Positions 48,788 to 60,899 of a DNA stretch of 64,000 bases are shown here, one piece after another (positions within the stretch are counted from its first letter, which is position 1; the number at the start of each line of letters is the position of its first letter). Origin of the DNA: Tagaea sp. GTDB taxonomy: Bacteria; Pseudomonadota; Alphaproteobacteria; CACIAM-22H2. Location of the stretch: positions 337,334 through 401,333 of the forward strand of contig JAYRYC010000002.1 in assembly GCA_041917215.1 (NCBI GenBank), given 5' to 3'. Under the pieces are notes generated by a model. That model did no database searches, was not told the origin of the DNA, and saw only the letters and a list, made by a program, of their open reading frames with translations. The position numbers and the translations under genes were made by a program.

Positions 48788-49645
48788 ATGACTCCGCGCG
48801 ACCACAAAATGCCCGTCCTCGGCCCCGGCGGTTTTTTCCGTCTCGCTTGGACGGAATGGGGCCCCGAACGCGCCCCCGACCGCACCGTGATCTGCGTCCA
48901 TGGTTTGACGCGCAACGGCCGCGATTTCGACGCGCTGGCCCGCGCGCTGGCGCATGACGGCTGGCGCGTCGTGTGCCCGGATATGCCCGGGCGCGGCGCG
49001 TCGGATTGGCTGCATCGCGCCGACGATTATTCCTATCCGGTCTATACGCAGACCGTCGCGGCGCTCTATGCGCGGCTCGACGTCGCCAAGCTCGATTGGA
49101 TCGGCACGTCGATGGGCGGGCTCATCGGCATGCTGCTCGCGGCCCAGCGCGGCCATTTCATCCGCAAGCTGGTGCTCAACGATATCGGGCCGTTCGTGCC
49201 GGCCGCCGCCTTGCAGCGCATCGGCGAGTATTGCGGGCGCGATCCGCGCTTCCAGGATTTCGAGGAAGTCGAAGCCTATCTGCGCGAAGTCCACAAACCC
49301 TTCGGCGAATTGACCGACGCGGAATGGATGCATCTCGCCTTCCACGCGGCCGAGGAATCGGGCGAGGGCGATTTGCGCCTGCGCTACGACCCCGCGATCG
49401 GCAAACCCTTCGCGGGCCGCGCGGCGGACGACGTGGTGCTGTGGCCGTTCTGGGACCAGTTGCGCGTGCCGGTGCTGGCGATGCGCGGCGAAACCTCCGA
49501 CCTGCTGCTGCGCGAAACGCTGCTGCGCATGGTCAAGCGCCCGAATTGCCGCGCGGTCGAGGTCGCCGGTTGCGGTCACGCGCCCGCGTTGATGACGCAG
49601 GATCAGATCGGCACGATCGTCGAGTTCCTCTCCGCCAGCAATTAA
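48788..49645 (+). CDS. alpha/beta hydrolase
   Basis: Start MTPRDHKM (index 12). HGLTRNGRDF...GTSMGG (GxSxG)...GCGHAP. Confidence 0.65.
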   Translation: MTPRDHKMPVLGPGGFFRLAWTEWGPERAPDRTVICVHGLTRNGRDFDALARALAHDGWRVVCPDMPGRGASDWLHRADDYSYPVYTQTVAALYARLDVAKLDWIGTSMGGLIGMLLAAQRGHFIRKLVLNDIGPFVPAAALQRIGEYCGRDPRFQDFEEVEAYLREVHKPFGELTDAEWMHLAFHAAEESGEGDLRLRYDPAIGKPFAGRAADDVVLWPFWDQLRVPVLAMRGETSDLLLRETLLRMVKRPNCRAVEVAGCGHAPALMTQDQIGTIVEFLSASN

Positions 49646-49654
49646 GGCCCGGCC

Positions 49655-50359
49655 TTGATCCTCGTCCCGCTCAAGGACGACAACCCGACGCGAAGCTTCG
49701 CCGTTCTGACGGCGATCTTCGTGGCGATCAACGCCGCCGTCTTCATCCATCAGGCCACGCTCGCCCCGGCGGCGTCGGAGGAATTCATCCTGCGCTTCGG
49801 GATGATCCCGGCGGTATTGACGGGCGAGGCCTATATCGACGAAGCGTTGGCCCCGCCGCCCGCCTGGACGACCGTCTTCAGCGCGATGTTCCTGCACGGC
49901 TCGCTGATGCATGTCGCGGGCAACATGCTTTACCTATGGACCTTCGGGAACAACATCGAAGATTCGATGGGGCGGTTTCGCTTCATCGTATTCTACGCAC
50001 TCTGTGGCCTCGCCGCCGCATTCGCGCAAGGGGCTGTCGATCCGTCGTCGACCACGCCGATGATCGGCGCGTCGGGCGCCGTATCGGGCGTACTCGGCGC
50101 TTATCTGCTGCTGCACCCGCATGCGCAAGCTTGGAGCTTCGCTTTCTTCCGCTTCGCCTGGCTGCCGGCCTGGGCGGTGCTCGGCTTCTGGATCGTCGTG
50201 CAATTCGCCAACGCGTTCCTCGCCGATCCCGAACAAGGCGGTGTCGCGTGGTGGGCGCATATCGGCGGCTTCCTCGCCGGGATGGCATTGATCCCGATTT
50301 TCAAGCGCCGGGGCGTAAAGCTGTTCGAAGGGCGGACGCGTTCGGGGCCGTGGGGATGA
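49655..50359 (+). CDS. rhomboid-family intramembrane serine protease (GlpG-like)
   Basis: GASGAVSG (Ser), AHIGGFLAG (His), 6 TM helices. Confidence 0.8.
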   Translation: MILVPLKDDNPTRSFAVLTAIFVAINAAVFIHQATLAPAASEEFILRFGMIPAVLTGEAYIDEALAPPPAWTTVFSAMFLHGSLMHVAGNMLYLWTFGNNIEDSMGRFRFIVFYALCGLAAAFAQGAVDPSSTTPMIGASGAVSGVLGAYLLLHPHAQAWSFAFFRFAWLPAWAVLGFWIVVQFANAFLADPEQGGVAWWAHIGGFLAGMALIPIFKRRGVKLFEGRTRSGPWG

Positions 50360-51255
50360 ATGTCGAGAAATTCCGGCCGCGCTTTCCTTGGGTTGGTGCG
50401 GACCTTCAAACGCTGCGGAATTTCATGTCGCCCCCGCGCGTCGATCTGCCGTCCTCAGAAAGCGTCACGCTGCCGCTCGATGATGGCGATGCGCTGACCG
50501 GCGAGCTCAATCGCGTAGCGGGCGGCGTGGCGAAGCCGCTGGTCCTGCTGATCCACGGCCTGACCGGCAACGCGAACTCGACCTATATGCGCGTCAGCGC
50601 CGCGGCCCATCTCGCGGCCGGATCGAACGTGCTGCGGTTGAATTTGCGTGGGGCAGGAACGCGGCCCGCCAAGCTCATGTATCACGCCGGGCGCAGCGAA
50701 GATTTGGCCCAAGCCTTGCGCGCGCTCGACGCGCCGCACGGCATCCATGCCGTCGGCTATTCGCTGGGTGCGAATATGCTGCTCAAACATTTGGGCGAGG
50801 GGGCGGGCAAGATCGTCAAAGCCGTCGCCGTCTCGGCACCGATCGATTTGGCGGCGACGAGTATCCGCATGCGCGCGCGGCGCAATCGCGTCTATCACGA
50901 TCATCTGCTGCGCCAGATGCTGGCGGATGCGCACGAACCGCCGTCGGGGATTCGCAGTATCTGGGAATTCGACGATCGGATCGTCGCGCCGCGCAACGGC
51001 TTCAAGGATGCGGCGGATTACTACGCGCGTTGCTCGGCCGCCGGGTTTCTCGACGCGATCGCCGTGCCCACGCTGATCGTCCACGCGCTCGACGATCCGT
51101 GGATTCCACCCGACGCCTATACGGCGCGCGATTGGACGCGCAATACGCGCGTGACGCCGCTACTCGCGACCGGCGGCGGCCATGTCGGCTTTCACGAAGC
51201 CGGCCACGATTTGCCGCTGCATGACCGCGCGGCGCTACGATTTTTCGCGCCCTAA
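50356..51255 (+). CDS. YheT-family alpha/beta hydrolase
   Basis: Part of ORF 48973..51255. Start MNVEKFRP with ATGA overlap to the rhomboid stop. HGLTGNANS...GYSLGANML. Confidence 0.65.
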   Translation: MNVEKFRPRFPWVGADLQTLRNFMSPPRVDLPSSESVTLPLDDGDALTGELNRVAGGVAKPLVLLIHGLTGNANSTYMRVSAAAHLAAGSNVLRLNLRGAGTRPAKLMYHAGRSEDLAQALRALDAPHGIHAVGYSLGANMLLKHLGEGAGKIVKAVAVSAPIDLAATSIRMRARRNRVYHDHLLRQMLADAHEPPSGIRSIWEFDDRIVAPRNGFKDAADYYARCSAAGFLDAIAVPTLIVHALDDPWIPPDAYTARDWTRNTRVTPLLATGGGHVGFHEAGHDLPLHDRAALRFFAP

Positions 51256-51345
51256 TCGTCACCCCGGGCAAGCCGGCGGTTTCGCCGGCGCGACCCGGGG
51301 TCTCACGAGATCCCGGCTCTCGCTGACGCTCGGCCGGAATGACGG

Positions 51346-53477
<2,132 letters not shown>

Positions 53478-53498
53478 AAACAAAACCGGGAGGAAAAC

Positions 53499-54377
53499 AT
53501 GGCGACGATCGCATTCATCGGCCTCGGCAATATGGGCGGGCCGATGGCCGGCAATCTCGCCAAAGCGGGCGAGAAGGTGCGCGGCTTCGATTTGGCGAAA
53601 GCCAATCTCGATGCGGCGGTGGCCAACGGCGTCGCGGCAACTGCGTCGATCGCCGATGCGGTCAATGGGGCGGCGATCGTCGTGACGATGCTGCCCGCCG
53701 GGCCGCAATCGCGCGCCGTTTACGACGCCGTGATCCCGGCGGCCGAGAAGGGCGCCTTGCTGATCGATTGCTCGACCATCGACGTCGACAGTGCCCGCGC
53801 CATCGCCAAGAAGGCGAGCGCGGCGGGGTTCGAAATGGTCGACGCGCCCGTGTCCGGCGGCACGGTCGGGGCGGCGAACGCGACGCTCACCTTCATGGTC
53901 GGCGGCGGCGAAGCCGGTTTCGCGCGCGCGCAGCCGATCCTATCCAAAATGGGCAAGACGATCGTGCATGCCGGCGGACCCGGCAACGGCCAGGCCGCGA
54001 AGATCTGCAACAACATGATCCTCGGCATTTCGATGATCGCGGTGGCGGAAGGGTTCAGCCTCGCCGCCAAGCTCGGTCTCGACGCGCAGAAGCTTTTCGA
54101 CATTTCCTCGAAAAGCTCCGGCCAATGCTGGTCGATGACGAGTTATTGCCCAGTACCCGGCCCCGTACCCGCATCGCCCGCCAACCGCGATTACAAACCC
54201 GGCTTCACGGCCGACATGATGTTGAAGGATTTGAAGCTCGCCCAGGCCGCCGCCCAAGCGACGGGCCAAGCCACGCCGTTGGGGGCGGCGGCCGAATCCC
54301 TGTACGCCTTGATGGCCGCCAAGGGCGATGGGCCGCTCGACTTTTCCGGTATTATCAAGATGTTGCAGGGCAGGTAA
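53499..54377 (+). CDS. mmsB: 3-hydroxyisobutyrate dehydrogenase
   Basis: IAFIGLGNMGGPMAGNL (NAD-binding motif) and catalytic region GGPGNGQAAKICNNM. Confidence 0.85.
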   Translation: MATIAFIGLGNMGGPMAGNLAKAGEKVRGFDLAKANLDAAVANGVAATASIADAVNGAAIVVTMLPAGPQSRAVYDAVIPAAEKGALLIDCSTIDVDSARAIAKKASAAGFEMVDAPVSGGTVGAANATLTFMVGGGEAGFARAQPILSKMGKTIVHAGGPGNGQAAKICNNMILGISMIAVAEGFSLAAKLGLDAQKLFDISSKSSGQCWSMTSYCPVPGPVPASPANRDYKPGFTADMMLKDLKLAQAAAQATGQATPLGAAAESLYALMAAKGDGPLDFSGIIKMLQGR

Positions 54378-54445
54378 GAGGTCCTTAACCATTCGTCCCG
54401 TATTTATGTTAAAACTTTTCGGTATTTTTTCCGGGACCTCACCTG

Positions 54446-54940
54446 ATGTCGGACCTCAAGCGCGACTATCTCGATTCCGTTTCGCTCGTCGAGCGGCTGC
54501 ATCGCCAGTTCCTCGAAGTCGTGAAACTGGAACTCGACCGGATGAGCGTGCGCGACATCAACAACGTCCAGGCGCTGATCCTCTACAATATCGGCAAGGA
54601 CGAGCTGACGGTCGGCGAACTCACCCAGCGCGGCTATTACCTGGGCTCGAATGTTTCCTACAATTTGAAGAAACTGATCGACAACGAGTACATCTCGCAG
54701 GCGCGCAGCCCGCATGACCGCCGCTCGGTGCGCGTCAAGCTGACGGCGCAGGGCCTGAAACTGCATGAGCGTCTGGATCAGGTCTTCGCGCGCCATGCCG
54801 ACGAGTTGACGCGCACGCTGGTCAAGCCCGGCGACCTGACCCAGCTCGAACAGACGCTGCGCCGCATGGAGCAGTTCTGGATCGGCGCGATCGGCCAGGG
54901 CGGCTACGCGCCGCAGGTCACGACGACAGCAGCCGAATAA
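54446..54940 (+). CDS. MarR-family transcriptional regulator
   Basis: Winged-HTH LTVGELTQRGYYLGSNVSYNLKKL...RSPHDRRSVRVKLT. Confidence 0.75.
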   Translation: MSDLKRDYLDSVSLVERLHRQFLEVVKLELDRMSVRDINNVQALILYNIGKDELTVGELTQRGYYLGSNVSYNLKKLIDNEYISQARSPHDRRSVRVKLTAQGLKLHERLDQVFARHADELTRTLVKPGDLTQLEQTLRRMEQFWIGAIGQGGYAPQVTTTAAE

Positions 54941-55649
54941 TCAGCGGCACCAAAATCGCCGTCGCCAGCGCGTTGAGGCCGAGCGCCAAGCTCGAGAACG
55001 CGCCCGCCAATTCGTTCACCTGAAACGCGCGTGCGGTACCGATCCCGTGCGCGGCCGTGCCCATGCCGAGGCCCCGCGCGCGCCAATCTTTCAGGCGCAG
55101 CGCGTTCATCGTCCACGTGCCGAACATGGCGCCGAGAATACCGGTGAGGATCACCAGCACGGCGGTCAGCGCGGGGAAGCCGCCGATACTTTCCGAAATG
55201 CCCATCGCGACCGGCGTCGTCACCGATTTGGGCGCGAGGCTGAGCAGCGTGCGTTCGGAGGCGCCGAACAGCCACGCCGTGCCGACCGCCGAGACGATGG
55301 CGGTCGTCGATCCCGCGACGATCGACACGAAGATCGCGACGGCGTTGCGCTTGATCTCGGCGAAATGGCGATAGAGCGGGACCGCCAGCGCCACCGTCGC
55401 GGGGCCCAACAGGAAATGCACGAACTGCGCGCCTTCGAAATAACGCCGATAAGGCACGTCCGAAAGCCAGAGCAGGGCCACCAGCAGGATGACGGCGATC
55501 AGCACCGGATTGGCTATCGGCGTGCGGTCGAAGTGCTCGTAGATGCGCCGCCCGATCAGGTAGGCGACCAGCGTCACCGTCAGCCCGAGCAGCGGCGTGG
55601 TCGAAAGATAGACCCACAACTCGAACAGATCGCCGCCGCCGCTTTTCAT
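54918..55649 (-). CDS. lrgB: LrgB/CidB-family murein hydrolase modulator
   Basis: Start MKSGGGDLFE (index 35). Polytopic, LrgB family. ATGA overlap with lrgA. Confidence 0.8.
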   Translation of the reverse strand: MKSGGGDLFELWVYLSTTPLLGLTVTLVAYLIGRRIYEHFDRTPIANPVLIAVILLVALLWLSDVPYRRYFEGAQFVHFLLGPATVALAVPLYRHFAEIKRNAVAIFVSIVAGSTTAIVSAVGTAWLFGASERTLLSLAPKSVTTPVAMGISESIGGFPALTAVLVILTGILGAMFGTWTMNALRLKDWRARGLGMGTAAHGIGTARAFQVNELAGAFSSLALGLNALATAILVPLIIRLLSS

Positions 55650-55999
55650 TCGCCGTCTTTTGGCAAGGGTTTGGCGAGCTTCTTCATCAGCAGCGCCGTC
55701 ACCGCGATGGTGGCGAGGGTCGACACGATAAGCGCCGCAACGATCGCCTGCCATTCGGCGGCGATGAGATCGGCGTAGAGGATCACGCCCACGCCTGCGG
55801 GCACGAACAGCAGTGACAGATTGTCGAGCAGCGTGCCGGTCGTCTTGGCGAGATCGTCCGAGACTTTGCCGCGCATCATCAGATACGCGAACAGCAGCGC
55901 CATGCCCAGCACGGGGCCGGGGACCGGCAAGGCGAGGTAGCGGACGATCGCCTCGCCGATCAGCTGGCAGACCAGCAGAAGGGTGAGGGTTTCGAGCAT
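55646..55999 (-). CDS. lrgA: LrgA/CidA holin-like protein
   Basis: 117 aa, 4 TM helices. Confidence 0.8.
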   Translation of the reverse strand: MLETLTLLLVCQLIGEAIVRYLALPVPGPVLGMALLFAYLMMRGKVSDDLAKTTGTLLDNLSLLFVPAGVGVILYADLIAAEWQAIVAALIVSTLATIAVTALLMKKLAKPLPKDGE

Positions 56000-56001
56000 T
56001 T

Positions 56002-56739
56002 CTAGAGCGGCACCACGCAGAACGGATCGGCGAAGGCGGTGATCGCCGCGCGCAACTCCGCCGTCGCCGATTTCGGGATCAGCGCGCCGATGCCCGATGC
56101 TGTGCGCGTCAGCACCACGCCGTCATGCGTGACCATTTCCGCCGCGATGCGTTTGAAGCTCGCGGTCGTCTGGCAGATATAGACGTCGTGGAACAGATAG
56201 ACCGTGCCCGGGTGGCAATAGGGCGCCACGGCGCGGAAATCGGCGTATTGCGCCGTGTCGGTATGATCGGCATCGATGAAGACGAGATCGATGCGCCCGC
56301 CGAGTTCGCGTTCGACGATCGCGGGCACATCCTCGGGCGAGCGGCCGATCAGCCCTTTGAGATTCAAGCCGTGGTGCAGGGCGATCTGGTTGGTGAGGTC
56401 GAGGCCCGGCGCGCTCGTGCCTTCGGCGATATCGATCGCCACGACCTTCGCGGCGGGGTTCGCCACGGCAAGGGCGACGCTGCTCCATCCGAAAGAACAG
56501 CCGATACCGAAAACGGTCGCGGGCTTGAACGCGGCGGCGAGGCTATCGATCAGATAGACCTCCGACATCGAAATGCCGCCGCCATGCGCGCCGTAATTGG
56601 CGCCGTCCTTGACGATATAGGTGAAGGTCCCGTCCTCGTGCGAGACGTTGCTGATCTTGGTCAGCATGAACGGGCTGATCGAGGAGCGGATCGCGAAACC
56701 CGCCTTCTGATAGATATCGACGAGTTTCGCGAACAGCAT
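56002..56739 (-). CDS. class I SAM-dependent methyltransferase (TylF/CmcI-like, Methyltransf_24-type), copy 1
   Basis: C-terminal 245 aa of ORF 56002..57912 from MLFAKLV. VFGIGCSFGWSSVALA (motif I) and LVFIDADHT. Confidence 0.6.
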   Translation of the reverse strand: MLFAKLVDIYQKAGFAIRSSISPFMLTKISNVSHEDGTFTYIVKDGANYGAHGGGISMSEVYLIDSLAAAFKPATVFGIGCSFGWSSVALAVANPAAKVVAIDIAEGTSAPGLDLTNQIALHHGLNLKGLIGRSPEDVPAIVERELGGRIDLVFIDADHTDTAQYADFRAVAPYCHPGTVYLFHDVYICQTTASFKRIAAEMVTHDGVVLTRTASGIGALIPKSATAELRAAITAFADPFCVVPL

Positions 56740-56753
56740 TTCCGTTTCTCCGC

Positions 56754-57956
56754 TTACGGCCCGAAGGCTTGGATGCCGGTCTGAGCGCGGCCCAGGATCA
56801 GTGCGTGCACGTCGTGCGTGCCCTCGTAGGTGTTCACGGTCTCGAGGTTCACCATGTGACGGATGATCGGATATTCGTCCATGATGCCGTTGCCGCCGTG
56901 CATGTCGCGCGCCATGCGGGCGACGTCCAGCGCCTTGCCGCAATTGTTGCGCTTGATCAGGCTGATCGTTTCCGGCGACAGCTTGCCTTCGTCCATCAGG
57001 CGCCCGGCGCGCAACGCGGCGAGCAGACCGATCGACAACTCGGTCTGCATGTCGGCCAGTTTCTTTTGGATCAGCTGATTGGCGGCGAGGGGCCGGCCGA
57101 ACATCTTGCGCTCCAGCGTATAGGTGCGAGCCCCGTGCCAGCAGGCTTCGCCCGCACCGATCACGCCCCAGGCGATGCCGTAACGCGCGCGGTTGAGGCA
57201 ACCGAACGGCCCCTTCAAGCCCTTCACATTGGGCAGCAACGCGTCTTCGCCGACGCGCACTTCGTCCATCACGATTTCGCCGGTGATGGAGGCGCGCAGC
57301 GAGAACTTGCCTTCGATCTTCGGCGCCGACAGGCCCTTCATGCCCTTTTCGAGCACGAAGCCGCGAATGTCGCCGGCATCGTCCTTCGCCCAGACGACGA
57401 ACACGTCGGCGATCGGCGCATTCGAAATCCACATCTTGGTGCCCGAGATGACGTAGCCGTTGCCGTCCTTGCGCGCGCGCGTCTTCATCCCGCCGGGATC
57501 GGAACCGGCGTCGGGCTCGGTCAGGCCGAAGCAGCCGATCCATTCGCCGGTCGCGAGCTTGGGCAGATATTTTTGCTTCTGCGCTTCGGTGCCGTAGGCG
57601 TTGATCGGGTGCATGACGAGCGACGACTGCACGCTCATCATCGAGCGATAGCCGCTGTCCACGCGCTCCACTTCGCGCGCGATCAGGCCGTAAGCGACGT
57701 AGGACGTGCCCGCACAGCCGTAACCCTCGATCGTCGAGCCGAGGAAACCCATCTCGCCCATCTCGCGGAAGATCGCGGGATCGGTCGACTCGTTGCGAAA
57801 CGCTTCCTTGATCCGCGGGGCGAGCTTGCCTTGGCAATAATCGCGCGCCGCGTCGCGGATCATGCGCTCTTCTTCCGACAGATCCGCGTCGATCAGGAAC
57901 GGGTCCTCCCACTGGAAATCGAGCTTGGACGTCTTGGGAGAGGGCGAGGCGTTCAT
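56754..57956 (-). CDS. gcdH: glutaryl-CoA dehydrogenase (acyl-CoA dehydrogenase family)
   Basis: 400 aa. [11 protein letters not shown], catalytic region [18 protein letters not shown]. Confidence 0.85.
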   Translation of the reverse strand: MNASPSPKTSKLDFQWEDPFLIDADLSEEERMIRDAARDYCQGKLAPRIKEAFRNESTDPAIFREMGEMGFLGSTIEGYGCAGTSYVAYGLIAREVERVDSGYRSMMSVQSSLVMHPINAYGTEAQKQKYLPKLATGEWIGCFGLTEPDAGSDPGGMKTRARKDGNGYVISGTKMWISNAPIADVFVVWAKDDAGDIRGFVLEKGMKGLSAPKIEGKFSLRASITGEIVMDEVRVGEDALLPNVKGLKGPFGCLNRARYGIAWGVIGAGEACWHGARTYTLERKMFGRPLAANQLIQKKLADMQTELSIGLLAALRAGRLMDEGKLSPETISLIKRNNCGKALDVARMARDMHGGNGIMDEYPIIRHMVNLETVNTYEGTHDVHALILGRAQTGIQAFGP

Positions 57957-57998
57957 GGTACTGCTCCGTATCGGAATGTGAGTCGGTCGGATTATAGG

Positions 57999-58403
57999 TC
58001 AGGCGCGGTCCGGGACAACCGCCGTCGCTTCGATCTCGACCTTGGCGCGCGGCTCAAGCAGCGACTTCACTTCGACCAGGGTCATCGCGGGGAAATTGCG
58101 GCCTAGAACGTCGCGATACGCGCCGCCGATTTCACGCAAGCTTGCGGCGTATTCGGCCTTGTCGGTCACGAACCAGGTGAGGCGCACGAGATGTTCGGGG
58201 CCCGCACCGCCTTCCTTCAGCAAGGCGGCGATGTTCGACAAGGCTTGGCGGACTTGCGCGACGAAATCGTCGGTCTCGAACGCCGAGGTCGCGGGGTTCC
58301 AGCCGATTTGCCCGGCGACGTAAATCTGCGTGCCCTTCGCGGCCACGGCATTGGCGTAGCCTTTGGGCTTGTCCCAGCCTTCGGGCAGCAGCGCGCGATT
58401 CAT
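57999..58403 (-). CDS. ridA: RidA/YjgF-family protein
   Basis: 134 aa from MNRALLPEGW. ATGA overlap with the upstream thioesterase. Confidence 0.75.
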   Translation of the reverse strand: MNRALLPEGWDKPKGYANAVAAKGTQIYVAGQIGWNPATSAFETDDFVAQVRQALSNIAALLKEGGAGPEHLVRLTWFVTDKAEYAASLREIGGAYRDVLGRNFPAMTLVEVKSLLEPRAKVEIEATAVVPDRA

Positions 58404-58861
58404 TCCTGTTTCTCTCCGGGTTTGGCGGGCGGCGTCCAATGCGCGGACGCGGCCTTGTAGGCGTCGAAGCGGGCGCGCAAGCCATCCGGAATCGGCGCCG
58501 ATTTGCGCGTGTCGAGGTCCATATGCACCGTCACGAGCTTCGCTTTCAAGCGCAGCACGTTGTCGGCGTGGAAATAGATGTCGATCGGGATCGACGAGCG
58601 GCCGATTTCGCCCAGCAGCACCGTGGCGTCGAGCGTGTCGCCCATTTTGGACGGCACGAAGAAATCGCAGCTGGCGTGCACGATGGGCGTGCCGCGCCGC
58701 GCTTCGAAGATCAGCTTGGCGTAGTCGACGCCCAAAGCGCGCGTGTAGAGATCTTCGACCGCCGCGTTGCAGAAATCGAAATAGTTCGGGAAATAGACGA
58801 TCCCCGCCGGGTCGGTATGGCTGAAGCGGATCGGCAGTTTCAGGGTGAAAGGCGCGTCCAT
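58400..58861 (-). CDS. hotdog-fold acyl-CoA thioesterase (YbgC/4HBT-like)
   Basis: FSHTDPAGIVYFPNYFDF. Confidence 0.7.
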   Translation of the reverse strand: MDAPFTLKLPIRFSHTDPAGIVYFPNYFDFCNAAVEDLYTRALGVDYAKLIFEARRGTPIVHASCDFFVPSKMGDTLDATVLLGEIGRSSIPIDIYFHADNVLRLKAKLVTVHMDLDTRKSAPIPDGLRARFDAYKAASAHWTPPAKPGEKQE

Positions 58862-58909
58862 CGGGAAATACTTTAGACTTAAAGCATCTTCCCGGCAAGG
58901 CGCCCCGGA

Positions 58910-59653
58910 TCAGCCCGGCGGCTGGGCGACCCAGCGGCGGAACAGCTCTTCCGATCCGGCGAAAGCGTGGATCGCGCGCGCGAGGCCCGGCTCCACCTCC
59001 GCCCGGCGGATCACCGCCATGCCCGACGGCGTGCGCGTCAGGATGTCGAGCTTCATGCCGTGGCGTTCGGCGAATTCGGCCGCCGTCGGGCGCATATCGA
59101 AATTCAATTCGTCGTGGCACAGATAGACGCAATCGGGCGTGGCGACCGCGCGCACGGCTTCCAGATCGCGGGCCAACGCCTCGCGGGTGTGTTCGCCGTC
59201 GATCAACGCAAACTCAACCGGGCCTTTCAATTCGCGCGCGACGGTGGGCGCGACGCCGCCAGGCGAGGGCGCGCCGACCGCGTAGCAATCCAGCGCATTG
59301 CGTTTGGCGATTTTGTTGGTGAGATGAATGCCCGAGACCGATTGCACATCCGCCCCGGTGTCGAGGCCCAGCGTACGCCCGTCGCGATTGGCGAGTGCGA
59401 GTGCAATCGTGCTCCAGCCATAGGAATTGCCGATCACCAGCGAACGCTTCGGCCGCCAGGTCGCGAACATGCATTCCAGCAGATAGACTTCCTGCATCGC
59501 GATGCCCAAACCCGGCGTCAGCGACTTGCCGCCGCGCATGAACCAAGTAAACGGCGCCTCGGCGCTGTTCTTCAAATGCCAGGAATTCAGGCCGGTCGAA
59601 ATCTCGATGCCCTCGGCTTCGTAAAGGGCGACCAAATCGGCAATGACGGGCAT
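58910..59653 (-). CDS. class I SAM-dependent methyltransferase (TylF/CmcI-like), copy 2 (paralog of 56002..56739)
   Basis: 247 aa from MPVIADL. LVIGNSYGWSTIALA and FALIDGEHT align with copy 1. Confidence 0.6.
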   Translation of the reverse strand: MPVIADLVALYEAEGIEISTGLNSWHLKNSAEAPFTWFMRGGKSLTPGLGIAMQEVYLLECMFATWRPKRSLVIGNSYGWSTIALALANRDGRTLGLDTGADVQSVSGIHLTNKIAKRNALDCYAVGAPSPGGVAPTVARELKGPVEFALIDGEHTREALARDLEAVRAVATPDCVYLCHDELNFDMRPTAAEFAERHGMKLDILTRTPSGMAVIRRAEVEPGLARAIHAFAGSEELFRRWVAQPPG

Positions 59654-59740
59654 CGGGGACTCCGCGAGGTTCGGCCGATATTCTGGGTTGAGTATCCGCG
59701 AGCGGTCAACGCCGCGCTTATTCGGTGATATCCTGGCGTT

Positions 59741-60625
59741 ATGGCCGATTCCGTTATCGTCACCGGGTCCGACGCGAAGTATTTCCGCTACGCGCGCGAC
59801 ACGCTGCGCTCGATCCAAGCCTTGCGCTTGGGCGGGGTGGCGCTCGCCATTCTCGATTTCGGGCTCGACGCCCAGCAATGCGAATGGCTGGCGGCGGAGA
59901 AGATCGTCCGTGTACCCGTCGGCTGGGATATCGAGCCGCGAAACAAGGACGCGGACGTCGCGAAGATGGGCGACGGCTATCGCGCGATGACGTCGCGGCC
60001 CTTCCTGCCGCGCTATTTCCCGCACGCGAACGTCATTCAATGGATTGACGCCGATGCTTGGGTGCAATCGGCCGAAGGCGTCACCGTGCCGATGGAAGCC
60101 GCCCGCCGCTACGGCTTCGCGATCGTGCCCGAGCTTCATCGCGCCTACGCGCATCTCTATTCCGGCGGGCAAGCAACGCAAGCCATGCACCGGAACGCCG
60201 CCGCCGCGTCGTTCGGCGAGGGGATCGCCACCGTGCTCGCCGCCAACCCGATCTTGAATTCGGGCCTGTTTGCCGGGCGGCGCGATAGTCCGGTCTGGGC
60301 GAAGTGGCAGGAATTCGCGACCGCCGGCATTTCCAACGCCGCGAATAAATATACCGAGCAGATCGCCCTCAACCTCGCCTGCTACACGGTGCTCGGGCGA
60401 TCGGATTCCGACAGCGTCCAGTTCCTACCGCCCGAGTATAATTTCTGCTGCGGCTTGGCGCTGCCGATGATCGACCGCGAAGCGAAGCTCGTGCTCGATC
60501 CCAAATATCCGCACGATCCTGTTCATGTCGTGCATCTGGTCGGCATGAACCAGCGCCGCGAATTCGCCACGCCCGACGGCGGCAAGATCGAAACCGCGTT
60601 GCTCTATTCGGAACTGCGCGGATGA
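59741..60625 (+). CDS. glycosyltransferase family 8-like nucleotide-sugar transferase
   Basis: VTGSDAKYFRYA, DxD in QWIDADAWV, LNSGLFAG, HLVGMNQ resemble LgtC/GT8 motifs. Confidence 0.55.
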   Translation: MADSVIVTGSDAKYFRYARDTLRSIQALRLGGVALAILDFGLDAQQCEWLAAEKIVRVPVGWDIEPRNKDADVAKMGDGYRAMTSRPFLPRYFPHANVIQWIDADAWVQSAEGVTVPMEAARRYGFAIVPELHRAYAHLYSGGQATQAMHRNAAAASFGEGIATVLAANPILNSGLFAGRRDSPVWAKWQEFATAGISNAANKYTEQIALNLACYTVLGRSDSDSVQFLPPEYNFCCGLALPMIDREAKLVLDPKYPHDPVHVVHLVGMNQRREFATPDGGKIETALLYSELRG

Positions 60626-60807
60626 ACCGCGAAGTCTTCTTCGAATTCCATCAAGTCGGGAATTTCGTGAAGGTCTCGGCGATCGACGCCGAGAGCGGCC
60701 TGGAGGTTTCGATCATGGGCCCGGCCAACGCGGCCCCGGTCACGCTCCGGGCCAACGCCTTGCGCAAGCTGGAAGCACAATTGCGCAAACAGGGCCTGGA
60801 ATCTTAA
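60622..60807 (+). CDS. small hypothetical protein
   Basis: 61 aa. ATGA overlap with the GT8-like gene. Confidence 0.35.
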   Translation: MNREVFFEFHQVGNFVKVSAIDAESGLEVSIMGPANAAPVTLRANALRKLEAQLRKQGLES

Positions 60808-60899
60808 AAACCGCGATAGCCCAATGGCTTGGGGGCCGATTGTGGCGCCCAAACGACATATGGTAGGTTCCCCCGGATTTTGGGGCTCCGGGACATTCC

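Noticed and set aside
47833-48915. N-terminal 361 aa of the 653-aa track ORF
   Set aside because: Overlaps the tandem DMT gene in a different frame. Arg-rich. The DMT homology starts at MSTANTTARG.
48973-50355. Upstream 460 aa of the 760-aa track ORF
   Set aside because: Overlaps the alpha/beta hydrolase and rhomboid genes in other frames. Only the last 299 aa (from MNVEKF) have YheT-family motifs.
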